NCBI GenBank assembly: GCA_030041435.1 | Contig: JASHNW010000115.1 | Span: forward strand, 38,921-102,920 | Source of the DNA: Acidobacteriaceae bacterium | Lineage (GTDB): Bacteria > Acidobacteriota > Terriglobia > Terriglobales > Acidobacteriaceae | Length of the DNA stretch: 64,000 nucleotides | Direction: 5' to 3' | Shown here: positions 56,270 to 64,000 of the stretch, one piece after another | Layout: each line of letters begins with the position of its first letter | Position numbering within the stretch: the stretch's first letter is position 1 | Position numbers and translations under genes: made by a program | The notes under the pieces: model-generated | Database searches by the model: none | The model's input: only the letters and a program-made list of their open reading frames with translations | What the model was told of the DNA's origin: nothing

Positions 56270-57055
56270 TCAGACTCTTACGATCCGGATGCCCTGGCGC
56301 TCGAAGGGCGCCAGCGCGTCGACCGGCGCACCGGTGTCGGTAATCAGGGTATGAACTTCGTTGATGGGGCAAATTAATGCCGGGCTGACCTTGCCGATTT
56401 TGCTGGAGTCGGCGACCACAATCACCTGCTTCGACTGCTTCAGCATTTTGCGATACACCGTCGCCTCGTCGGTCTCCAGTGTGGTGGCGCCGCGCTCGGC
56501 ATCGAGTCCGGTTACGCTGAGAAAAACCTCGTCCATGTACACATCGTCGAGGAACGCAAGCGCCGCGCTGCCGGTGAGGGAAAAGGACCATGCCCAGGGA
56601 ACAACCCCGCCGGTTACATAGGTGCGAATGCCGGGCTGATTGCACAGTTCCATGCCGATATTGATCGCATTCGTGATGACCTGAACCTTTTGCCGGTGAC
56701 GCAGGCTGCGTCCAATGTGCGTGGTCGTGGTCCCTGCACTCAGACCGATCGTATCTCCGGCCTGCACCATCTCGGCGGCTGCCAGGCCGATGCGGCGTTT
56801 CTCCGCCGCATGACGCTCCTCGCGAGCCAGGAAGGAGCTGTCGTAGCGAAAGGGCTCATACAGAAGAGGCTCAACCAGTTCGGCGCCGCCGTGCGTGCGG
56901 CGGATCAGCCCTCTGCCTTCCAGCCGGACCAGATCTCGGCGGATGCTGGGAGCGGAAGAACCCACGATCGCGAGGAGCTCTTCGATGGTGGCTGTCCCGG
57001 TGCGGAGAAGATGCTTGATGATCTGTTCGGATCGATGATTCAGGCCATCGTTCAT
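56270..57055 (-). CDS. DeoR/GlpR family transcriptional regulator
   Basis: Start at MNDGLNHRSEQI. HTH (TATIEELLAIVGSSAPSIRRDLVRLEGRGLIRRTHGGA) plus a DeoR C-terminal sensor domain. Confidence 0.85.
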   Translation of the reverse strand: MNDGLNHRSEQIIKHLLRTGTATIEELLAIVGSSAPSIRRDLVRLEGRGLIRRTHGGAELVEPLLYEPFRYDSSFLAREERHAAEKRRIGLAAAEMVQAGDTIGLSAGTTTTHIGRSLRHRQKVQVITNAINIGMELCNQPGIRTYVTGGVVPWAWSFSLTGSAALAFLDDVYMDEVFLSVTGLDAERGATTLETDEATVYRKMLKQSKQVIVVADSSKIGKVSPALICPINEVHTLITDTGAPVDALAPFERQGIRIVRV

Positions 57056-57274
57056 AGCGCGGCGTTCCGGTTCCGGCCCGGTCGATTCCCTGCGCCCAGC
57101 CATCGAAGAAGATCAATCACGAGTTTGGCGGGAATTGGCCAGGAAAGTCCGATAGTACACCCTTAGCTTGATCATTCGCCCATAAATTGATCAAGCATCG
57201 CCGAAGCCAAGTCATTGGCCGCTGAAGTTCGGCTGGGCTCTCGGCTGGTGCCAGCCCAGCCAACGCGTTGCGTG

Positions 57275-57317
57275 CTGTCACGGCCGTGGCCGCGGGTTCG
57301 AACCTCGTCGTCCCCGC
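57275..57317 (+). repeat. degenerate copy of the 3' part of tRNA-Asp (anticodon loop to discriminator+C), att-like
   Basis: Ungapped alignment with 51002-51044 gives 38 of 43 identical positions (CTGTCACGGC..GCGGGTTCGA..GTCGTCCCCGC). No 5' half is present. Confidence 0.7.
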
Positions 57318-57495
57318 ATAAACCACAAGAAATGCAAGGCTTATGGCTTCCCATCAAAAGAGCAGATTCCATCCCGCGGTACGCTGCGGCACGGAAAAGT
57401 TGAGCTGCGCCTGATGCCAGCAACGACTCCACTTGCCTGAGGCTCGCGCTCCGTTTTTCGGTGAGGGTCAGCGATCAGCGCAGATTGAGGGGTCT

Positions 57496-58362
57496 TTACA
57501 GTTCCGGATACCAGCGGATGCCGTCTCGCTGTTCCTTTTCTGCCTCCTTCAATCTGGCGAGCGTGCGATCGGTCCGATAGTTCGCGACAGCGCTCATGAT
57601 TGCATCCAGAAGAGCCATGGGAGCCACGTAGGATGTGAAAGAGGGCGTTTCAATGGGGACAATGAAGGCTTCGTCAGACGCTCTCGCAAGCGGGGAGATC
57701 GAGGTGTCGGTGATGGCGACGGCATAACTTCCGTTTGCCTTAGCCTGCAGAAGGCCCTCCATGGTCTGACGCAATCCCCTGCGGAAGCTGATGGCGACGA
57801 TCAAATCTCGTTTGGTGCTGTGGCGCATGAGATGGGTAATGTGACCGGCTCGGGTGGCGGCAATGGCGTCAAACCCAAGCAGGATGAGCAGGTAGTGGAG
57901 AAAGGACACCAGGCTCTCCGCCAGGTCCCCTCCCAGAATGAAAATCCGCTTCGCTTTGTAGAATCTGGCTGCCAGATTCCTGAGGCGATCGATCTCCAGG
58001 CTGTTCACCACCCTGTGGACATTGCTGTTGGCGCTGTCCAGTGTCTCTTTCACTCTGCTGGAGAACGTGCTTGTTTCTTTTATGGTCGCCTGCATCTGGT
58101 CGAGCGCCGTGGTATGCGCGATGGAAAGCTGATGCAGGTAGCGCCGGAAATCTCTGTAGCTGGGAAACCCCATGGCCAGAATGGTGCGGGATACTGTCGC
58201 GGCGTCTACCTGCCGCCTGGCCGCAAGCTCATGGATGCTGAGCAGCACATACTCCCGGGGCTCCTCCAGCACCGGACGTATCATGTCCTGGCGGCTCCGG
58301 TGAACGCGGCTCAGCATGGCATTCAGGCTGTTCGGCACGAACTCGGGCTGGCGTCTGGACAT
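57496..58362 (-). CDS. MurR/RpiR family transcriptional regulator (HTH_6 + SIS)
   Basis: ..LSIHELAARRQVDAATVSRTILAMGFPSYRDFRRYL.. and a SIS domain (..KRIFILGGDLAESL..DLIVAISFRRG..AVAITDTSISPLA..). Start uncertain (58362, or up to 58416). Confidence 0.8.
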   Translation of the reverse strand: MSRRQPEFVPNSLNAMLSRVHRSRQDMIRPVLEEPREYVLLSIHELAARRQVDAATVSRTILAMGFPSYRDFRRYLHQLSIAHTTALDQMQATIKETSTFSSRVKETLDSANSNVHRVVNSLEIDRLRNLAARFYKAKRIFILGGDLAESLVSFLHYLLILLGFDAIAATRAGHITHLMRHSTKRDLIVAISFRRGLRQTMEGLLQAKANGSYAVAITDTSISPLARASDEAFIVPIETPSFTSYVAPMALLDAIMSAVANYRTDRTLARLKEAEKEQRDGIRWYPEL

Positions 58363-58862
58363 AGGAACGAGGACGATTGGCATCCAGAACATAGCCGCAG
58401 ATTCAGGTGCCGTCAAGTCCGGCGCCTGCAGCTACTCTCCGATGCATTCGCCGGCAGATGCAATATCTGTTGTATTGCAGCATTGCCAATGCATCTCCTT
58501 GATAGGCATCATTAAACCCACAAACACAGCGTTGACAGCGGTTGAGGCGCAGGGCTATAGTGTCGCGATGTTGCATTTCCCCGCTGCCTGCGGCCGTTGA
58601 ATCCGCCCTATGCAACGACAATTGCAAGTCTGAATAAGACACTGGAATCAAGATTCCTGCTCGTTATCCGGTTTCCGAAGAGAGCGCATGCGAGACCGTA
58701 CTTGTGTCTTCTCATCGTGCCGGGGTACATCCGGGATGGTCCTCGTTTTTGCGTCCCGTCTGCAGATGCAGTTCGCGCTGAAGGAGTATTGATAGAACCG
58801 TCGGGTGCGCTCCGGGGAGCTTCCGACAAAGACGAAAGACATAGCTCGATTGGAGGCTGCGC

Positions 58863-61800
58863 ATGCGTCGGTGGTGGAGATGCAGGACAGGTGTTGTGGT
58901 GGTGACCGCCGCGTTTTTCGGCGTATGGATCGGTTTTCCCGATCCCACGCCCGCGCTGTTCGCGCAAACCGCGGTCACGGGCGGATTGAATGGCGTTGTC
59001 GTCGATTCGACAGGCGCGGTCGTAGTGGGCGCTACCGTCACGGTGGTTGAAATCCATACCGGCGATACGCGTGTACTGACTACGAATGACCGTGGCCTTT
59101 ACACCGCTCCATTCCTGAAGCCAGGCACCTACAGGGTTTCAGCCTCGGCCAGGGGACTTCAGTCAACGACAACGTCCGTTGAGGTTCTGGTCGGCCAGCC
59201 GTCCGAGGCTAATCTGACTGTCACGCCCTCTGCCAGTAAGCAAACCGTGACGGTAAGCGCCAACAATGCACAGTTGATCCAGACGCAGGACGCCACGCTC
59301 ACTACGACCTTTACCACCGAGCAGTTTGAAAACTTGCCCAACCCGGGTGGCGATATTACTACGTTCGCCTTTACCGTACCCGGCGTCGTGATGAACACAG
59401 GCACCGGTGGTAATGGCAACTTCAGCACCAGTGGGCTGCCCGGCATCTCGAATCTCGTTATTCTGAACGGGGCCGACCAAACGGACTCCTTTTTCAACGA
59501 CGCCACCACCGGCGCGTCCACGCTCAGCATCGGTGCGTCGGAAGTCGCGGAAGCCTCCTTCGTGCAGAACGGCTATAACCCGGAGTGGGGCCGCCAGGCA
59601 GCCGGCGTGGAAACCTACGTTACCAAAAGCGGCTCCAACCGGATCCATGGCCTGCTGGATTGGACGTATAACAGCGATGGGCTGAATGCTAACGACTTTT
59701 TCTATAACCTGAATGGCATACCGCGCCAGAAGGCGGTATCCAATCAATACGCGGCGCAGATCGGCGGGCCCATCATTCGCGACAGATTGTTCTTCTTCGC
59801 CGATACCGAGGGGATTCGCTACATCGAACCGTCGCTCAGCTACGTTAATTTCCCCACCCCCGCATTTCAGAACACGACCCTGAACACCGTTCCAACGGCC
59901 AGCGTTCCGTTGTACACAACGATGTTTAATCTGCTGGGTGGCTCGCCGTTGTATAAAACATCGGTGCCTGTCGCTAACGGAGGCGGTCCGCTTCAGGACG
60001 CTTCAGATACGCTCGGATGCGGCAGCTTCGCAGGTACCCCGGTCTATGGTCAGCCCAACGCATACTTCGGCGCTGTGCCGACCGGCGCCACCGGATCAGC
60101 CATCCCATGCATGACGGCGGCGGCAGGCGTGACGCGTGGCGCGGTGATTGAACACATGATTGTTGGCCGCGTCGACTGGAACCTGAGCGAAAGGCAAAAG
60201 GTCTTCGTCCGCATTAACGACGATCACGGATCCAAACCGACCTACGTCAGCCTTGTCAATCCGGTGCTGAACGTCGAGACCACGCAGCCAATTTGGAATG
60301 GCCAACTGAACCACACGTACGTAATCAAACCTAATCTGACCAATCAATTCATCGCCTCCGCTTTCTACTATTCGTGGCCTTTTGGCCCAGCCAATCTGCA
60401 GCAGACGCTGGCGGCCTCGCCCACGCAGTTCAACAATGGCTCCGATGGCGGCACCAACTTTTCAATCGGCCTGGGTCAGGAGGGCACGGTCGGTTTTAAC
60501 TGGGGTGGGAATCCTACAACCACCAATTCCGTTCAGTATCAGTTCGTGGACGATCTTTCCTGGCTGAAAGGCAATCACAACCTCAAATTCGGCGTCAACT
60601 TCAAGCGATACGACGTGACCGATGGCTATCCCACGGTGAACACCTACGGTGGCTTCTATACTTTCAACTCCCTGGGAGATCTGGCCGGCGGCGTGTTGCC
60701 AGGATCGGCCGGTTCGAACTTCCAGCAGACCTTCGACCAGGCAAAAAAGATTGCGATCGCCGGCTACAACTACGGCGTCTATGCGCAGGATGAATGGCGC
60801 GCCACTCCGCGGCTGGTGCTGGATTACGGTGTGCGCGTCGACCGCGATGGAAATATCACGTGCAAGACGAACTGCTTTTCGCGCCTTGTTGGCGGCTTTC
60901 CCCAGGCCAATGCCACTCTGGACAGCCCGTATAACCAGCTGCTGGCCACCGGGTATACACACGTCTTCTCCTCGCTTGAGACCGCAATTATTCAGCCGCG
61001 CTTCGGATTCAACTGGGATGTGAGAGGGAACGGGAAAACGGATCTTCGTGGAGGCTTTGGGCTCTTCGCAGACGCGTTTCCGGGGGCGCTGATCGAGAAC
61101 CAATACCTGACGTTCCCCGATAACTACGGCGCCTTTGTCGAGGCCGGCAACGTGGCCGAGGGAGCGGGCAGCGCGGCGGCCTTCGCGCAGGCATCCTACA
61201 ACGCTTTGACAGCCGGGTTCGCCAATGGGCAGAGCGCTAATCAGATTGCCGCGTCGCTGCCCGCCGGCTCACCATTCTTCGCGCCCGCCCACTACATTTC
61301 CCCGCAGCATATGATCACTGCGAAATATGCGGAGTGGAGCCTGCAGTTGCAGCAGCAGCTCCGCCCCACAGATGCTTTGATTCTTGCCTATGTGGGCAAT
61401 CGTGGCTACGACGGGATCAGCTACGACTACGGTATCAATGAGAGCCTGGCCGGCAACGCCTACACCGCTTCTTCGGCATACTCCAGTTTCGAAGACGTTC
61501 CCGTCAATCCGACCGACCCGCCATTCGGTCAAATGGGGATCATCAACGACGACGCAATCTCCAGCTATAACGGAGCTTACATTCAGTACAAACATATCGA
61601 CCGCCGCGGTCTGACGGCGGATATCTCGTACACCTGGTCGCACGCGCTCGACGATGTTTCGAATCAGGGCCAGGATGAGGTCTTCAACGGCAACAGTCTT
61701 CCTTTCCAGATCGTGCCGAACCATCCTTCACTGCTGATGTATTCGAACGCCGATTACGACATTCGCAGCAATTTCCTTGTCGATTTCACCTATGTTGAAC

Positions 61801-62384
61801 CGTATCGCTTCAAGAAAACATTCAAGGAGCTTGGAGCCGCCGGCTGGACCATCGCCGGCAAGACCTACTGGCGTTCCGGCCAGCCATTCAGCGTGTTCAA
61901 TAACGCAGCAGCGAACGATCTGTATAACGGCACGGGCAATTATTACGTCCTGGCCGATGTGCTGAACAGTCACTTCAGCCACCTCTGCAACTCGTTCTTC
62001 CATCCCTGTTTTCAGGGGCACGATTTTAACGGTTCCGGGGCATACCCCGGACCTAATGGCGATGCGGACGCCTATGGCGATCCGCCACAGACGGATTTTG
62101 GCAACATACCGCGCAACGCCTTTTACGGACCCCATTACGCAGACGTCGATCTGAGCCTCTACAAGAACCTCTTTCAGAACGAGAGAGGCATCCAGTTCAA
62201 GGTCGGCGCGCAGGCCTACAATCTGTTGAATCATCCTGCCTTCGGTGCGCCGCAAAACAACGCTTCCCAGTCCAACCTGGGTCTGATCGAGAGCGATGTG
62301 GTTCAGCCCACCGGCCCCTACGGCTCCTTCGGGTCCACCAGCTTTGGCCGCATCGTCGTGGTCACCGGCAGACTGGTCTTTTGA
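58863..62384 (+). CDS. TonB-dependent-receptor-like outer membrane protein with N-terminal CarboxypepD_reg domain (paralogue)
   Basis: GGAGG lies 7 nt upstream. ..GGLNGVVVDSTGAVVVGATVTVVEIHTGDTRVLTTNDRGLYTAPFLKPGTYRV.., a long beta-barrel, and C-terminal ..VVVTGRLVF. Confidence 0.8.
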   Translation: MRRWWRCRTGVVVVTAAFFGVWIGFPDPTPALFAQTAVTGGLNGVVVDSTGAVVVGATVTVVEIHTGDTRVLTTNDRGLYTAPFLKPGTYRVSASARGLQSTTTSVEVLVGQPSEANLTVTPSASKQTVTVSANNAQLIQTQDATLTTTFTTEQFENLPNPGGDITTFAFTVPGVVMNTGTGGNGNFSTSGLPGISNLVILNGADQTDSFFNDATTGASTLSIGASEVAEASFVQNGYNPEWGRQAAGVETYVTKSGSNRIHGLLDWTYNSDGLNANDFFYNLNGIPRQKAVSNQYAAQIGGPIIRDRLFFFADTEGIRYIEPSLSYVNFPTPAFQNTTLNTVPTASVPLYTTMFNLLGGSPLYKTSVPVANGGGPLQDASDTLGCGSFAGTPVYGQPNAYFGAVPTGATGSAIPCMTAAAGVTRGAVIEHMIVGRVDWNLSERQKVFVRINDDHGSKPTYVSLVNPVLNVETTQPIWNGQLNHTYVIKPNLTNQFIASAFYYSWPFGPANLQQTLAASPTQFNNGSDGGTNFSIGLGQEGTVGFNWGGNPTTTNSVQYQFVDDLSWLKGNHNLKFGVNFKRYDVTDGYPTVNTYGGFYTFNSLGDLAGGVLPGSAGSNFQQTFDQAKKIAIAGYNYGVYAQDEWRATPRLVLDYGVRVDRDGNITCKTNCFSRLVGGFPQANATLDSPYNQLLATGYTHVFSSLETAIIQPRFGFNWDVRGNGKTDLRGGFGLFADAFPGALIENQYLTFPDNYGAFVEAGNVAEGAGSAAAFAQASYNALTAGFANGQSANQIAASLPAGSPFFAPAHYISPQHMITAKYAEWSLQLQQQLRPTDALILAYVGNRGYDGISYDYGINESLAGNAYTASSAYSSFEDVPVNPTDPPFGQMGIINDDAISSYNGAYIQYKHIDRRGLTADISYTWSHALDDVSNQGQDEVFNGNSLPFQIVPNHPSLLMYSNADYDIRSNFLVDFTYVEPYRFKKTFKELGAAGWTIAGKTYWRSGQPFSVFNNAAANDLYNGTGNYYVLADVLNSHFSHLCNSFFHPCFQGHDFNGSGAYPGPNGDADAYGDPPQTDFGNIPRNAFYGPHYADVDLSLYKNLFQNERGIQFKVGAQAYNLLNHPAFGAPQNNASQSNLGLIESDVVQPTGPYGSFGSTSFGRIVVVTGRLVF

Positions 62385-62538
62385 GATCCTGTGACTGGCT
62401 TCGCGCGCCGATTTTTCGGGCGGCTCGTTCTGCCCGGTCCGTGGGCGAAAACCTGGTCGCGGATCTGAATTCCGGTACGGGCGGGCAATCCTCATGGAAG
62501 CTTTGTGTTGTCGAGCACGTTATTTCAGGATGGGACGC

Positions 62539-64000
62539 ATGAAACGATGGTTCTTACTTCTGGGCACTGTCGCTCTCGTGGCGTCCGCGTCCTGCGGCGG
62601 TCAAACGGATGCGAAGGGTCCGGCCGGCCCCGTTGCCTTAACGGTGCGATTACCCAATCCGCAACAACAAATTCTGTATGTGGATGAGGTGATGCCGGTC
62701 AGGCCGGGACCCCTGACGCTCTACTACCCGAAATTCATCCCCGGCGATCACGCGCCAGACGGGCCGGTCGGCGACATGATGGGCCTCGAGATCACAGCCG
62801 GCGGCAAACGGATCGCATGGCTCCGGGATGAAGTGGACATGTTCACGTTTCACCTGACGGTGCCGGCGGGCGTCGACCGGATCGACATCCGCTTCCAGTT
62901 TCCCGAGCGCGAGCGCGTCACACCGAATCTCATGGGTTTGGAGTGGAATGAGGTAGCGCTGTACCAGGCGGGTTATCCGACCAAAGTGCAGATGTATGAG
63001 CCGACACTCGTCATCCCCGCTGGCTGGCGTTACGCCAGCGCCCTGACGACAGAAGAGAGCAGTGGCGGGCGCATCACGTTCAAGTCCGTGCCGTTCAATA
63101 CTCTCGTCGATTCACCCGTCATTGCCGGGAGATATTTCCGGGAGCTTGATCTTACCCCGTCCGGCTCCTCGGTGAATCGTTATCTCGATATGGTGGGCGA
63201 CGATGCGGCGGCAGTTGATATTTCTGACGCACAGATCGCTGCCTATCGTCATCTGGTGGAGCAGGCACAGGCCCTGTTTCACGCCCATCATTACGATCGC
63301 TATCACTTCCTTCTGACCTTGAGCGACTACGTCTCGCGGGGCGGTCTGGAGCATCACCAGTCAAGCGACGACCGCGCGCGCAGCGGCGCGAAGACGTTTG
63401 CCGACGCTGACCGTTTCATGCTCGATGCCTCGCTCCTGCCGCATGAATACACGCACTCGTGGAACGGCAAATTCATGCGTCCGGCAGAACTGTGGCAGCC
63501 CGATTTCGAGAGCCCCGAACATGCCCGGATGTTATGGGTGTATGAGGGGCTCACGGTCTACCTCGGCGACATGCTGACGGCGCGAAGCGGGTTGTGGTCG
63601 CCGGAGACATGGCGTGACGTGGTCGCCTACCGGGCGGCGGCGATGGCGCATCAAACCGGCCGCGACTGGCGGCCGCTGATCGACACCACGGTCGGTGCGC
63701 AATTGGTCTATGGCTCGCCGAGCGCATGGTCGAACTGGCGGCGCCAAACCGACTTCTATCGCGAAGGCCAGCTGCTCTGGCTCGCCGTCGACATGAAAAT
63801 TCGGACGTTAAGCCATGATCGAGATTCGATTGACGATTTCGCCCGGCATTTTTTCGGCGACGACAACGGCAGTTTCATCACGCACACCTACACCTTCAGC
63901 GACGTCGTCGCCGCGCTCAATGCGGTGCAGCCGTACGACTGGGCCAGCTTCCTGCGCAACTGGCTGGACGGGGTGGGCCAGCAGGTGCCGCTGCTCTCCG
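62539..64000 (+). CDS. M61 family (glycyl aminopeptidase-like) metallopeptidase, lipoprotein-type signal; 3' end lies outside the window
   Basis: Hand-translated; not in the ORF track because no stop is reached. MKRWFLLLGTVALVASASCGG.., HExxH as LLPHEYTHSWNGKFMRP, then ..MLWVYEGLTVYLGDML... An alternative ATG lies at 62530. Confidence 0.8.
   Translation, partial: MKRWFLLLGTVALVASASCGGQTDAKGPAGPVALTVRLPNPQQQILYVDEVMPVRPGPLTLYYPKFIPGDHAPDGPVGDMMGLEITAGGKRIAWLRDEVDMFTFHLTVPAGVDRIDIRFQFPERERVTPNLMGLEWNEVALYQAGYPTKVQMYEPTLVIPAGWRYASALTTEESSGGRITFKSVPFNTLVDSPVIAGRYFRELDLTPSGSSVNRYLDMVGDDAAAVDISDAQIAAYRHLVEQAQALFHAHHYDRYHFLLTLSDYVSRGGLEHHQSSDDRARSGAKTFADADRFMLDASLLPHEYTHSWNGKFMRPAELWQPDFESPEHARMLWVYEGLTVYLGDMLTARSGLWSPETWRDVVAYRAAAMAHQTGRDWRPLIDTTVGAQLVYGSPSAWSNWRRQTDFYREGQLLWLAVDMKIRTLSHDRDSIDDFARHFFGDDNGSFITHTYTFSDVVAALNAVQPYDWASFLRNWLDGVGQQVPLLS

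Noticed and set aside
57130-57160. GGAAAGTCCG motif reminiscent of RNase P RNA CR-I, in a ~440-nt intergenic region.
   Set aside because: The motif is followed by ATAGTAC rather than GGGCUC. None of the other conserved RNase P regions (for example ACAGAACCCGGCUUA) is present on either strand.

Overview
This is a 64-kb high-G+C bacterial chromosomal segment. Gene content suggests Acidobacteriota (Terriglobia-like), inferred without any search: two PadR + ADOP (duplicated orphan MacB/FtsX-type permease) pairs, two ~1,170-1,190-aa CarboxypepD_reg-type TonB-dependent-receptor-like proteins, and many secreted glycoside hydrolases. I make 45 CDS calls (one is a speculative 27-codon ORF), plus 1 frameshifted gene, 4 tRNAs (Arg-TCT, His-GTG, Pro-TGG, Asp-GTC), 2 duplicated tRNA 3' fragments, several intrinsic terminators and several repeat families. 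Bases 1-24,500 and 39,200-64,000 are mostly ordinary: carbohydrate and peptide uptake and degradation, two-component and sigma54 regulators, vapBC, ClpC, LolD, FKBP. Bases 24,600-39,100, downstream of tRNA-Pro, look accessory: GH140-like and GH2 genes, a 268-bp MITE-like palindromic element, REP-like hairpin clusters, a 203-bp array of 29 degenerate heptamers, a visibly low-G+C orphan membrane-protein gene, and the most interesting locus. That locus is a compact operon of a PqqD-like (RRE) protein, a tiny Cys-rich ORF and an HPr-kinase-related P-loop protein, with a divergent PF14907-type nucleotidyltransferase and a GT-C-like membrane glycosyltransferase broken at a G8 tract. No lasso cyclase, protease, radical-SAM or other known RiPP core enzyme is present in the window. 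All family assignments come from motif recognition and recall; no database search or computation was possible, and start codons are best guesses.
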